64,000 nt of DNA, taken from Octopus sinensis (lineage: Eukaryota). The translations under genes were made by a program, and so were the position numbers. The stretch spans positions 28,862,793 to 28,926,792 of the forward strand of contig NC_043021.1 in NCBI RefSeq assembly GCF_006345805.1. The letters are read 5' to 3'. Of the stretch, positions 38,516 to 52,012 are shown one piece after another (the stretch's first letter is position 1; each line of letters opens with the position of its first letter). Below the pieces are notes generated by a model. The model worked only from the letters and a program-made list of their open reading frames with translations, was not told where the DNA came from and did not search any database.

Positions 38516-39849
38516 TAATTTCTTTCGACTTTTAGCACAAGACCTGCAATTTTTTAAGTGAGCAATTTTTTAAGTGCTTAACTGGTAATTATTTCATCGA
38601 GCTGGATAGGATGAAAAACAAAGTCAGTTTTGACAGAATTTGAACCTAAAACGTAGATCTCCAACAGAAGAAAATGGATATAATAACAATGGGAAACTCG
38701 TGGTTATGATCTTATGAAAGATGGGACATTTCTTTTATTGCCAGGAGAATATATTGCTAAGAATTAATGTGACACTTTACTTATTGTAAATAAATAGCAA
38801 CGAGCAAGTCAGAAGAGAGGGACGTTTCAAACTGGGCGCAGCTTTTCGAGTGCTGACGATTTTACACTTCTGATAGAACACACAGCTTGTTTTGGCGGCA
38901 GTGCATTTTAGCACTAGGGGCAAACAAACACACACAAACGCGCGCCCACCGTCGCTCGTGCAGAAATATACAGCACGAGAGAGAGGAGGGGATAAATAGA
39001 GAGAGATGTAAGGGGAGGGTACGCGACAGAGAGAAGGTGCATGACAGAGAGAGAGAGAGAGATGGAGAGAAAGAGAGGAGATACGAAGAGAGGGAGAACT
39101 AGAGAAACATTAAAACATCTGATGTCAAATAAGTCAGCGTCGAATCACCAATACCAAGTGGGTGGCACAAAACAGCTGTGCCAAAACGTCAAATAAGTGG
39201 GTTATCGAGAGCTAACGTCCCAAGAACCAAAGACTGGATGCTGCAGCTAGTGACGAACTTGAATACAACAGAGAGTAAAGGTAGGAGAAGAGATGGGTGA
39301 GTCAGAAGTATCTGAACGGAAGTGGAATGAATTCGGTCAGCTTATTGTAAGCACAGGTCGTTTTAGAATCGATAGAACAAATAGGAAGCGGACAACGCAC
39401 TACGCCTGTAGAGCAGAGGCAGCAGCATATCTGTGATTTTATACCCACCAGCCCACCAGTCAGTAGAGTGGTACTTTCTTAAAAGCGCTGTCACAGTTGT
39501 AGAAGCAACGCTTCATAGTATACTTTAGCGGGTTTTAAAATACAAGAGCTTCAAAGCAACTTTTACTTCACTTTAATCTCTCTTCAATATTGCTTCCACT
39601 GTTAGTTGCAATCTACTTTTATGCCATTTGTCTGCTGCAGAGTTACAAAGTTAACCAAGGAACTACCATTGAAGTTTATTATTCCCCACTTCTTTGTTCT
39701 AATCGGTGCAGCAGACCTCATCTAATCTTTGAAGAATGACAATTATTTAGTGATGCAGAAGGGGCTGAAATATCTTCTGACTCTAAAGAGAAGGGCCAGT
39801 CGTTAGGATGAAAAAGAGCTTTTTCATATGAAGAGTAAAATTTATCAAA

Positions 39850-40648
39850 GTTAAATTCTGTGTGAAGAAGTGTTGCACTCTAATGGTGGAGGGAACCTGT
39901 TGAAGGGGTAGACCCAGGGAGACATGGGATGAGGTGGTGAAGCTGATCTTTGAACTTTGGGCTTCACAGAGGCAATGACAAACAACCAAGACCTTTGGAG
40001 ATATGCCATGCTTCAGAAGACCCACCAAGCCAAGTGAGATCATAGTTGTGGATGATGCCAATGTCATCTGACTGGCACCCATGCCGGTGGCACATAAAAA
40101 GCACTGTTTGTGCGTTGGGCCCCATGGAGGCAGTGATGTCAAGCTGAGTGAGATTGTAGTCATGGCTGATGCCAGTGTTGCATAACTGGCCTGTTAAGAG
40201 CATCCTTAAACCATTGGGCGATATGCTGTGCTTGTGAAGACCTGTTGAACTGAGGGAAATTGTAGTTGTGGCCAGTGCCATTGCCATGCGACTGCACCCA
40301 TGCTGGTAGTACATAAAAAGCATCATCTGAGTGTTGGGCATCTTGGAGGAGGCAGTGACAGGTGACGAAGACCTTTGGCAATATACCGTGCTTGAGTAGA
40401 CCCATCAATCCAAGTGACACTGTAGTCGTGGCCGATGCTGGTGTCAGGTCAATGGCACCCAGGCCTGTGGCACGTAAAAAGCACCTACTACACTTTTGGA
40501 GTGTTTGGCATTAGGAAGAGCATCCGCCTATAGAAACGTTGCCAAATCAGACTGGAACCTGGTGCAACTCCCTAGTTTACCAGTTTTCAGTCAAACTGTC
40601 CAACCCATGCTAGCATGAAAAGCAAATGTTAAACGATGATGATGATGA
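39850..40648 (+). mobile_element. RTE-clade LINE 3' end with tandem ~190-bp subrepeats and (GAT)n tail
   Basis: GRP..TWDEVVK-type C-terminus; repeated ATATGCYRTGCTT..GAAGACC units; ends GTTAAACGATGATGATGATGAT. Confidence 0.7.
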
Positions 40649-40689
40649 TTTGACAGGCTGCCATGTTCAGTAATTTGATGAGATTTGAT

Positions 40690-41490
40690 GGGCTTTGAGG
40701 TAAATAGGTGTAGATGAATGGCTTGTGCAGGAGGTTCAAGCTATATACAAGGATGTTGCAAGTGAAAGTTGGCAACAATCTCAGTGATAAATTTAATGGG
40801 ATTCCATAAAGGGAGGAGTCCATCAAGGTCCAGTCCTCGATGCTCTCCTATTCATGAAGTCCTCCAAGCCACCACTGAAGAATATAAGACTGCCTGTCCA
40901 TGGGAACTCCAACATGCCTATAGGGGAATTAGAGAAGAAATTTGGGGCATGGAAGCTAAAGCTGGAATCAAGGAGTATTAAGATTAATATGGCAAAGACT
41001 AAGATTTTTGTAAGTAGGAAAGACAACAGGACTCTGATAACTTCAGGGGAATGGCCTTGCTCAACATGTATTAAAGGGGGTAGGTATAAACTCCATACAA
41101 TGTACTTAATGGCAGACTACCCAAGAATGTAAGCTTCATATGCAGTAAACACACTGGAATGATACATATGAGTACACTTGAAAACGAGTCACTTAAATAT
41201 GCCCAGATGGCTCCTTAGAACTAGTTGGTAGGTTTTGTTATCTAAGAGTTGTAATCAACAAGGAGTTCAAAGAACTGTTGACATCAAAGATATCTTCCCA
41301 AAGAGTGAATGGCAGATTGTGTGATGCTTTTGTTAGAACCACGATGCTGCATTGTAGGCCCTCGAATGCAGGAGATTGGAAAGAAGCAAACATACTCTGT
41401 TGGTTATGCAATGCAAGTGTGCATAAAAGAATTGGTACAAACACACTGAGTGAAAAAAAGTTGGGGTTAAGCATATTAAGAGATACACTT
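40690..41490 (+). mobile_element. Degenerate RTE-like RT remnant
   Basis: Decayed GVHQG..LS.LL and TACPWELQHA, LESRSIKINMAKTK, GEWPCSTC motifs. Confidence 0.65.
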
Positions 41491-41509
41491 GGCTTGAAAA
41501 TAGATATAA

Positions 41510-41865
41510 AAAATTGGAAAAAACAAACTGCTTCCCAATCACATGGTTCTGGGTTCAGTCCCATTGCATGACATCTTGGGCAAATGGCCTTCAGAGAAAC
41601 CTGTCTGAGTGGATTTGGTAAATGTCAACTGAAAGAAGCCCATTATGTATGTGTGCATGACTTTCTGTTTGTGTTTGTCTCCCACCATCACTTGACAACC
41701 AATTTTGGTTGCTTACATCCCTTGTAACTTAGTGGTTTGGTAAAAGAGACTGATAGAATAAGTACAAGGTTTTTAAAAAATAAGTACTGAGGTCAGTTCA
41801 TTTGACTAAAAGACTCCAGCATAGCCACAACCTGATGACAGAAACAAGTAAAAGATAAAAAAAAG
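41510..41865 (+). mobile_element. tRNA-derived SINE
   Basis: B-box GGGTTCAGTCCC, GTGGATTTGGTA..AACTGAAAGAAGCC core, CAGCAT.GCC...GAAACAAGTAAAAG tail. Confidence 0.75.
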
Positions 41866-41868
41866 TAA

Positions 41869-41906
<38 letters not shown>

Positions 41907-42699
41907 ATGTGTGTGTGTTTCTCCCCTGCCATCGACTGACTACTGATATTTGTTCATTTACGTCCCTAGTAGTCAGTCGATGGTGGGGGACAAACACACA
42001 CACACACATATATATATGATAGGCTTCTTTCAGATTCCGTCTTCCAAATCCTTGTAGTTGGACTGAACCCGGAAACATGTGGTTAAGAAGCAAACTTCTT
42101 ACCTGCCGCTAAGCATTTTGTATGACGTGCTAAAGATTCTGCCATGACACACCGTTTTCTATGCACTTAAAATACTGATTTCACATTTTAACACAAAACC
42201 AGAAGCTTCGGTGGGTGGGGTTAAGTCGATTACATATTCTATTGACTCTGAAAGACTGAGAGGCAAAGTCGGCCTTGGGGGCATTTGAACCCAGAAAGTA
42301 AAGACTGACGAAATACCTCTAAGTATTTTTTTCCAGTGAGCTAACGATTTTGCTTTTGCACTTGAAATATTAAAAGTATTCCGAAGAAATTTACTTAAAC
42401 CAGTAAATCAAAACGATCGTAAATGCTACTTTCATCTCTGCTTCTTCCTCCTTTGTTATCTAATCAAATTAAAGGCATACCAGCGAAGACCACGAGTTTC
42501 CCATTGTTATCATATCCATTTTCTTCTCCTATATAACCTAAACTACGGTTTACCAACCAAACCACCTGCTACCGTACAACCTTACAAAAGACTGTACCTA
42601 CACAGGTAATAACCAGGAGCGACTTTGGATTTAAGTATCCCTTCGAGGTATTAAGCCCCTCTAACTGATACCTACACTATATAAATATATATACAACAA

Positions 42700-42845
42700 G
42701 CTTCTTACAGTTTCTGTCTGCCAAATCTACTCACAAGGCTTAGTAGAAAACATTAGCCCAAAGTACCACGCAGTGGAACTGAACCCAAAACCCGGAACTA
42801 TGTAGTGGGAAGTACGCTTCTTGCTATACAACCACGTCTGCACCA
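42700..42845 (-). mobile_element. tRNA-derived SINE 5' part
   Basis: CAGTTTCTGTCTGCCAAATCTACTCACAAGGCT...GCAGTGGAACTGAACCC; same family as 61201-61357. Confidence 0.7.
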
Positions 42846-44009
42846 TTGAAATTAAATTATTTTTTATATATACTTTTCATCTCACCTTGAGATGAAAAGA
42901 CGGTTAACTGTTTAAGCACGATATGAATACAAAGAATGATTAGACGAAAGAGAAAATTGAAAGCGTGACCCTATTTTTTGTTTTATTGCAACACGTAATT
43001 GTTGCTGTTGTAACTATTGTTCATACAGTTGTTGCTTATCCTCACGTCAGCTCCGATCTAGCATCAACTGTATACCTTTAATCAAAGGCATTCCAACCAT
43101 AATGATCCCATCTTATTGTCACACATAATACACGCAACACTATTTTATTTAATGTTTCTCTTTTAAAAATTGAAAAAGTACTTTGCAGCAGCTGTTTGTA
43201 TGTATTGCCTCAGGTGTTGATTGTTTGGAGTGGGGCTGATGAAGGCAAGTACAAAACCAAAATAACAAGACTATGAATTGGAATAAAGGTGTCTGCATTT
43301 GCAGAATTACACTTAATCAGTATGTGGTCAGATGAAATAATTTTAAGAACAAGACTTTGGAAAGAGGGTTTGGTACAGCTGATAAATAGAAAAAGCAAGC
43401 TGCAAGGGATGAAGCAGAAAAGAAAAAACAAAACATCACAAAAACAACAACAAAACAAGGATCTCTTCAGGTTGGTTCACACATTTTTCAATTTTTTTTT
43501 GAACTAAACAGTTTGAAACTTAGTATACTGGTGTAATTTCACATGCTGAACATGGTTTACTTTCAAAATTTTTGACAAAATTTCATATTTTAGAAGTTAT
43601 TTCACTTTATTTTGAATTGTTGTTTGTACCTTCTCGAATAATGCCCAGTTTCTTTGGCGTATAGGTTCCTCACCTGGACAGGACGCTGGTTCATGCAGGA
43701 GGAATGAGTGAGAGAAAGTTTAAGCGAAATAGTCAGCAGAAACTCGACATCACCTTCTGCCGGAGCTTAGGTATTTTGCTCATAAACACACACATCGCCC
43801 AGTCTAAGATTCTTAACCACGATCCCTCGACCGCGTGTCCGCTGCTCTAACCACTAGGCCATGTGCCTCCACTTATTATGAATTAATCATGCATTATCTT
43901 GCGGCTTCAAGATTTTGATGATGTGTTTGTTTACTTTTAGAATTACATTGTAGGGCAAGTGTGAGAGGTTGGGTTTGGTCTGTTTGAACATAAAACAGGT
44001 AAAATATTT

Positions 44010-44330
44010 TGGTCCAATAACTGGCAGTCCATCAGTTGTGACGACAAAGGTTCCAGTTGATCTGTTCAACGGAACAACCTGCTCGTGAAATTAACATGCA
44101 AGTGACAGTACTCCATAGACACGTGAACCCTTAACCCTTAACGTAGTTAAGGGAAACTGAGTACGACACGGAATATGACAAGGCTGACCCTTTGTATTAC
44201 TGGTACAACTCATTTTTGCCAGTTGAGTGGACTGCAACAAAGTGAAATAAAGTGTCTTACTCAGACACAACACGCCACTGGGAATTGAACTTACAATCTT
44301 ACGATCGTGAGCCAATTACCCTAAGCCACG
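44010..44330 (-). mobile_element. tRNA-derived SINE (second family)
   Basis: On -: ACGATCGTAAGATTGTAAGTTCAATTCCCAG...CACTTTATTTCACTTTGTTGCAGTCCACTCAACTGGCAAAAATGAG; homologous to 51410-51650 (+). Confidence 0.7.
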
Positions 44331-47300
44331 GATCTTTGGTCACATATGACTGGTTTAACCCTTTAGCATTTAATACGGCCATACCCAACCCAAATACTCT
44401 GTTTTATGTTAAAACTGACCAGATCCAACTTCTTACACCGACCCACCAATGTCATTCTCAACATAGAGGAACACACCATTGAAATCTTGAAGCTACAAAA
44501 TTAATTAATTCAAAGCAATGTGAATAGATAAGCAACATATTTGACCCCAAAATTTGAACACTAAAGGAGTAAGTACAGCTATGCAGTCTTCTCTTTGCCT
44601 TGCCAGCTCTACTGATTCTATAACAACTTGTGCTTTCATGAAGCTGGCTGGGGTCAAGACACTTCCAATTAGGTAATCCTAACTCACTTGTCTCACCTCT
44701 TACCATCACTCTTTGTTACAGTCATTCCCCACCTGCCAATTACTATATTCAGCTTTTCCTTCATAAGCTCATAAGACTTTGGCTTTTGGAACTGAATATG
44801 TGCCATTTTGGCACAACTGCTTTGTGCTGCCTCTTTGGCATCACTGATTCAATGCTAACTTATTTGACACCAGATGTTTTAATATATCTTTCATTCTTTC
44901 CCTTCTCACCTCTGTCTTATCTACTCTCTCTCTCTCTCTATCTCTATCTCTCTTCATGTTTATGTGTGTAAGCATATTTATCTATGTGTGTGAGGAGAGA
45001 GAAAGTGTTTGTTGTGTTCAATTAATAAGTCATAATGTGTGCAGCTCTCTTCCTCTCCCTCTTCTACCCTCCTTCCCTCTCTCTCCTATCTTTTCGTCTT
45101 TCATCCTCTTTCTCGACATGTGTATAAGGAGAGGGAATGTAGTTATGTCAATCATGTTCAATTAATAAATTGTAATGTATCGCTCTCCTACTCTCCTGTC
45201 CTCCTTCAGTCATTCATCTCTCCTCTTTCTCTCTGTTTATGTGCAGGAGCATACTTCTCTTTATGAGGGGAGGAAAAGTGTTTATGTCAGTCATATTCTA
45301 TCAATATTCTATAAAGTAAGTTATCTCCCTCTTTCCCTCCCACCCCCCTCTCTGCATACGTATATTTCCCTGTGTGTATGTGTGTTTGTCTCTAGTACCA
45401 AAAAGTACTGTCACCAAAATAGGCTGAATGTCCAGTCAGCCTTCTTCATTGCCAGCGCCCAAATGGTCATGTTCAATCTTCTTATTCTGAATCCAAAATT
45501 CACAAAATAAAAAAATAAAGAAAGAAAACAAATGACACTTGTTGGTTTTATTGTTGTTTAATATTTTTTTTATTCCTTTTTATTTTTGTAAGAAGAAGAA
45601 AAAATACTAGAGATAATTTTTATTTTCTTTTTGTATAAAATTATATTTTTTTTTCACCCAACTATATCTCTCATTTTTTGATTTCACATTTTGAAGAAAT
45701 AATAAAAAGAAAATAAGAGAAAAAGAAAAATTCTTTTGGTTGAGTCCATATGTGGGCACAGGGATGGTTGATATTTATCTGAAATAGAAAATTTGACTTC
45801 AGCAGATTTAAAGAACAATCTCTGTATTTTTTCACTGCTTTTTTTTTCATCTATATATTCTCTTGCTTTTGTTTTTCACAAAATGATAAATTATGCAATA
45901 AAGAACCATACAAAAGAAGGGCAGGAGTATCATTGGAATATATATTTTCACATAATGGCATAGGTGACTTGGTTAAAAAGTTCACCTCACAGTCATGCAG
46001 ATGATTTGAGGTTTCAATCCCAACATACAGTACCATAGCCAAATAAAGTGCTGTGTAAAAAGTGTTACAGGGAAATGATCACATCTTCACATCTATGCAT
46101 AAACATACAAATCTGCACATATACACACATACATTCAAAAATATCCTGTTGTTGATGTTGAAATTCCTATGAAGGAGCCTTGAATCTAGGTTAGAAAATG
46201 GCTCTTTCTCTATTGGCAAGAAATCTTGAAAAAAAAACCCTGAATAATGACTGACTGACATACACACACACACATATATATGTCTATATGTTTAGGGTAG
46301 GACTTCAAAGTTTTGATATCCTGGAAATGACTTTAAACTGTATTTCGCAGTAGGCCCCATTGGTTTGAGACTTCCATGATTTGAGGAGTGTGAACCACAT
46401 GTTAGCCACTATTATTCCTAGACCTACTCTGCCCTAGGTTAGTAGCAACTCTCAGGCCCCTAGGTATGAGTTAATTAACATATTATGGAAGAAATTCCAA
46501 GCAAAAAATCTTAACTGCCTTGTGAGTGGCTTGAAAAAGGAAAAGACAAAGCAAAGTCAACCTCATCAGCAAATCAAGAAGAAGTGTTCCTCAGGTGGTC
46601 CAGTGTTGTCTTTGACACCCTTCCATCAACTCCAGGGTAAGTGAAGCTCTCCAGCTCTGTAAATTGATTCACCTAAGAGCAGGCCACTCCAGTGTAAAGC
46701 CTATAGTTTGCTGGTCACTGCAGTCATCTTAACTCACTGAGCCACTGTGATCAGTCCTCCAAGTCTAAAGAGTGGGATCAGATTGTGCAAACTGACCCAC
46801 ACTTTAAGATGGATAAATTGTTGCTAAACATTTTTCCTGGAGTGCTAATGATTCTGTCAGCTCACCACCTTAAATGATTCAAATACTAAGAAAGAAGATG
46901 TATTGGAGACATATGCGTAACATTCTTCGTTTATACTCATTACAAAAATCTTGAATATTTTTGTTTTGTCACAGGTAGTGATGTGTAGTGCAAATGTAAG
47001 CACAATATCTGACATTTGGAAGAGAGAATTTGGGATAACATCACTTCTGTAGTTGAGAGGTACTATATTTTATTGACCTCGGAAAAATTAAATGTAAGTT
47101 TGACTTGGGTGAGATTTGAACCCAGAAGAGAAAGAACAAGATAAATACCACCAGGTATTTTTGTCTGATGCTCTAAAAATTCTGCCGACTTACTGCCCTA
47201 AATATATATATATTTATAAAATACTTTATTTTTAATCTATTTGTCAGGAGAAAAAGCAGTGCTCATGACTATTTTTAGGGCTCCAGATACTCATGAATGA

Positions 47301-48587
47301 GAATTATCCATGATTCAGAGATCTGAGTGCTTACAGCACTCAGTAGTATGTTGAGGCCTTGGAGTCATGGACTGGTTACCTAATTTTCATGGAGGATATA
47401 TGTGACTGAGATTACAATATTACACCCTGAATAAGTCTGTTGCAGTGTTACTCATTTACAGCTAAGTGGACTGGTGCAATGTGGAATGAAATGCTTTACT
47501 CAAGAACACAACACATTGCTAGGTCCAGCAGCTGAAACTACAACCTTCCGATCATGAGTGCAAAGCCGAAACCATTAAGCCATATGCCTTCATCAACACA
47601 GAGCCAGGAGCCAGTGTTGAACTGACGGTGGGTGGGGGTAGAATAAGTCTGTCTCACAAGAAAACTATGGCTATCCCTTAAAAACCATGGAGTAACCAAA
47701 GTGTGTTTAATTAGAGGCTAAACAGCAACAACAACAACTACACCAATGAAAGCAACTTTCCCTTCCAGTCACTCTGATTGGAAAGGAAGACAACTTTCAG
47801 AGGAAAGGTTCCTTAGACTAATATTTTATTGCACCTCCCACCCACAAGTATGAATGGCTGTAGGGACTTGAACTCAGCAAATATATATATATATCATCAT
47901 CATCATCATATATATATATTCATACATACATACATATAAATATATACATACATACATGTATATACATATATATATATATATATATGACTACATATATCTT
48001 TTCATAAGTGAATGAAAGGAATGGAAGAAGCAGTTGGTGCACTACATATGTTTCAAAAGTGTATGGAATTTCTATCATGTAATGTTAAATATGGTATGTA
48101 ATTTTACCATGCACCTCATATTTAGGAGCAGCTTACTTGTGTTGGGAAATCATTTGCAGTAATAAGTAATTTTGGAAAATGTGAAATGGAAGCAGTATAC
48201 ATCTTTTGATTGAAAATAGGAGTGGAAAGTGGTTTTGGCAAACAGCCAATCAAATTTGGGATTACTTTATGCATTTAATATAGGACAAAGTGGACGTGTT
48301 TGCTACATGAATCAATAAGGTTTTACTGATAGATTATCTTTCACACTTTGTATATACAAGCCTGCTAGGGGAAAATCTATTGTTTTACCACAACCAATTG
48401 AATCCCACTACTTTCACACACACACACACACATTTATTGAAAGAATGAGAAATGCAAAAAAGGTAAATAAAAATATATTTATGCATATTTTATATTCAAC
48501 TGGAGTAAATACCATGTGTCATTTCCTTTCCTATGATACTCTAGGGATTCTGCCAGTTTGCTGCATATTTAATGAGTTTTAGTTAAA

Positions 48588-48669
48588 TTCATCATTGCCA
48601 TGTGGTGAAAGCAGTGGACTAGAAATCCATTAAGGTTTCCCCACATAGGTTCAAACCATACTTGTAATG
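48588..48669 (+). pseudogene. tRNA-Ser(AGA) pseudogene
   Basis: 82-nt colinear match to tRNA-Ser: TGGACTAGAAATCCA anticodon arm, variable arm GGTTTCCCC, T-loop GGTTCAAA; acceptor stem decayed. Confidence 0.75.
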
Positions 48670-49227
48670 AATAAATAAAAAAAACTTCAGTATATATATT
48701 TTTACTTCAGAACATCTATCTATATTTTTAACTTGTTTCATTTACTGAACTGCAGTCATGTTGGGGCACAGCCTTCAAGGGTTTGCTCAAAGAAATCGAA
48801 TGACCTGAGTACATATTCTTCAGCCAGGTACTTATTTTTATGCTGAACTCCTAAGATACTGGGATGTAAACAAACCAGCACTTGTTGTCAAGTGGTGGGG
48901 GTGGACAAACAAAAAGACCAAGACATATACACAAAAATCCATATATTCATACATTATATATATATATATATATTTGTGAAGGCTTGGCAAGTATCTCAAC
49001 TGGCAGGACTGACTACCCTGTCTTCAGGTGCTAATCCTAGCTGGTGAAGGTGCTTGCCTCCCCTTCGCAAATGTAAGGACACAGGAAATGTGTCAAAGGC
49101 GACAGGAAGCGTTGATGCATCCTAGGGCTAAGTAGCAGTGATGTAATTCCCTTTACAGGACTGTCACATTATGTTGACAATATACAACCACTCTCTCTCT
49201 CTATATATATATACACATATATATTCT

Positions 49228-49425
49228 TATATTTGTTTCAGTCATTTGACTGTGGTCATGCTGGGGCACCACCTTTTTTAGTTGAAGAACACAACCCCAG
49301 AACTTATTCTTTGTAAGCCTGGCACATTCTATCGGTCTCTTTGCCAAACAGCTAAGTTATGGGAATGTAAATACACCAACATTGGTTGCCAAGCAATTTT
49401 GGGGTGGCAGACAAAGTCACAAAGC

Positions 49426-49477
<52 letters not shown>

Positions 49478-49674
49478 CATATATTTACACACATACATAT
49501 GTATATATATGACAGGCTTCTTTTCAGTTTCCATCAACCAAATCCACTCACAAGGCTTTGCTTTCCCAGAGGCTACATTAGAAGACACTTGCCCAAGGTG
49601 CCACTCAGTAGGACTGAACCCAGAACCATGTGGTTGGGAAGCAAGCTTCTTACCACACAGTCATGCCTGTGCCT

Positions 49675-49712
<38 letters not shown>

Positions 49713-49870
49713 CTGTACATACAACAAGCTTCTTTCAGTTTCTGTCAACTGAATCCACTCACAAAGTTTTTGTTGGTTTGGGGCTATAGTAAGTCATTTG
49801 TCCAAGGTGCCACGCAGTCAGTGGGACTGATCCTGAAGCTATGCAGCTGGGAAGCAAGCTTCTTACCACA
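49228..49870 (-). mobile_element. Tandem tRNA-derived SINEs
   Basis: Two heads (GGACTGAACCC / GGGACTGATCC with AAGCAAGCTTCTTACCACAC) and tail TTGTTTCAGTCATTTGACTGTGGTCATGCTGGGGCACC. Confidence 0.75.
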
Positions 49871-51409
49871 CATTGATGCCAGCCATACCTTCACTAGAAA
49901 TATTTGAAAAAATTCAAAATATTCATAATATCACAACACATTTACAGGAGACAAAATCTAAAAAAATATTTCACCCTAAAATTAGAATGAAATATTGGTT
50001 TCAAATTTGGCACAAGGTCAATTTCAGGGAGGGGTTAAGTCAATTACATCGACCCCAATGCTCAACAGGTGCTTGTTTTATCGACCCTGAAAGGACAAAT
50101 GGCAATGTCAACCTCAGTGGAATCTGAACTTACAACACAAAGAGAAACAAAATGCTACTAAGTATTTTGCCAGGCATGATACCTATTCTGTAAGCTTGCC
50201 TCCTGAAACTAGTATGAAATATCAATTTCATGATGTTCTTAGGAAATTAGCTTTGCTTTTTATTGTAACATTAAAAAGGTAATGAAACAAACGGTGTTGG
50301 TCACAGGATTCTTGATTTGCCACAATGAGTTGCTATATTAAATGGTTAGAAACTTCTGATGTATAAGAATATAAATTTCAAACATTTCTACAATGTCACA
50401 CTTTTTGGAGGTATAGTATATAGTTGCTTAATTTGAACCTAGTACTTGCTTTTTTCAACCCTACTCACCTCAGGAGAATGATAGGCAAAATTTGACCCCA
50501 GATGATGATGATGGGGAAGAGACTGAACACAAAAAAATCTTTCACAAATATTGAAATTTGAAATCATTCAGCAATTTATGATAAATTATTCTTCAAATAA
50601 GATTGTGATTGAAATTTAAATTTTAATTTAAAGAATTCTTTATTTTTTTCTTTTTAAATTACCATCAATTTCATATCTGAATTAAAATTTTCATGTCCTT
50701 TTTTTTATTCTCATTCCTAGATTTTTTAATTATGAAAATATTTCAGCTTTTGTTAAACTGTAATTCCTCCCAATACAATAAATAAATATATAAATAGTTA
50801 AATAATAAAACATAAAAATAATACAATAATAAAAAGGGAGAAGCAAAAATCATTTAAAATCTAAAATAGAAATTAAAAACTGATAATTTAATTAATATAT
50901 TAATTAAATTAATATGCACACAGGCATCATCATCATCATAATTACCATCATCAACAACATCGAATAGGCAGTGCCCCAGTATGGCCATAGTCTAATGACT
51001 GAAACAAGTAAAAAAAGATAAATCACTGTTATAATATTGCCTATTTAAATTTATTATTTATTTTACAGTGACACATATGAAGAGAGGTCTGGCTTTGATC
51101 GACCCTTTAATGTTTAAACCAGGTCCAAATATTGTATGTTTCATGTACAAACTGGCCAGATTCAGCCTTTCACACTTACCCTACTGTGTCATTCTAAAAA
51201 TTATACAATCATCAGTGAAATCTCAAAGCTATGAGATAATTCATGTTAAAATTCAAACCAATTTGAATAAATATGCATTATATCTGACAGATGTTTGAAT
51301 AATTAGATATTTCAGCTTGTCAATTTAGTTCAGTCTCATCCTGAACACAACTGCTATTCAATAAATACATTTTTTCATTTCATCCTCAACATAGTTTAAA
51401 TCTCAAGTA

Positions 51410-51650
51410 GTACCTTTTCCTGCTCATGATCGTAAGGATGCAAAATTGATTCCTGGTGGCATGTTGTGTCCTTGAGCAAGATGCTTTATTTCACATTGCT
51501 CAAGTTCACTCAGCTGGCAAAAATGAGGGGTACCTGTAATTCTGTGTCATGCTGAATTACCTTGAGAACTACATTAAGGGTACACATCACAGTGGGGTGC
51601 TCAGCTATTTGCACGTTAATTTTATGAGCATTGATTAGAAAACTGATCGT
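51410..51650 (+). mobile_element. tRNA-derived SINE (second family)
   Basis: GTGTCCTTGAGCAAG..GCTTTATTTCACATTGCTC.AGTTCACTCAGCTGGCAAAAATGAG. Confidence 0.7.
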
Positions 51651-51711
51651 AATCCTACCTTGCTCACACTCTTTCTTATTACCAGAATAACCACTGCTAC
51701 TCCATACCATT

Positions 51712-52012
51712 GAAAATTAGAGAAACTTTCCTTTGACATACAAGAAATAGGGAAGATTAGAGAAATTCTACCTGGTGGTCATTTGATGTTCAAGAAACTG
51801 CAGCCAAATAGTTCTCAGTGAAGATTAGAGACACTCTTTTTGGTGCTCCTATGACATGCAAAAATTGCAACCAAATTATCCTCAGAGAAAATTAGAGGAG
51901 TTATATCTGGTGGTCATTTGATGTGTAAGAAATTGCTGCCAATTTGTCCTCAGAGAGTATTAGAGAAGCTCTGCTCGATTGTCATTTGATGTGCAAGAAA
52001 CTGTAGCCAAAG
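51712..52012. repeat. ~65-70-bp minisatellite, 4-5 degenerate copies
   Basis: GAAGATTAGAGA...GGTGGTCATTTGATGTGCAAGAAACTGCAGCCAAA repeated. Confidence 0.7.

Noticed and set aside
38880-39480. Less AT-rich unique stretch with a (GA)n tract and possible splice donors (promoter or first exon?)
   Set aside because: No sustained ORF or recognisable homology; cannot be supported without RNA data
41832-41851. CTGATGA..GAAAC hammerhead-like string
   Set aside because: No stem II or stem I; it is a mutated SINE tail (TGACTGAAACAAGTAA)
48588-48669. Functional tRNA-Ser gene
   Set aside because: Acceptor, D and T stems are disrupted; called a pseudogene instead
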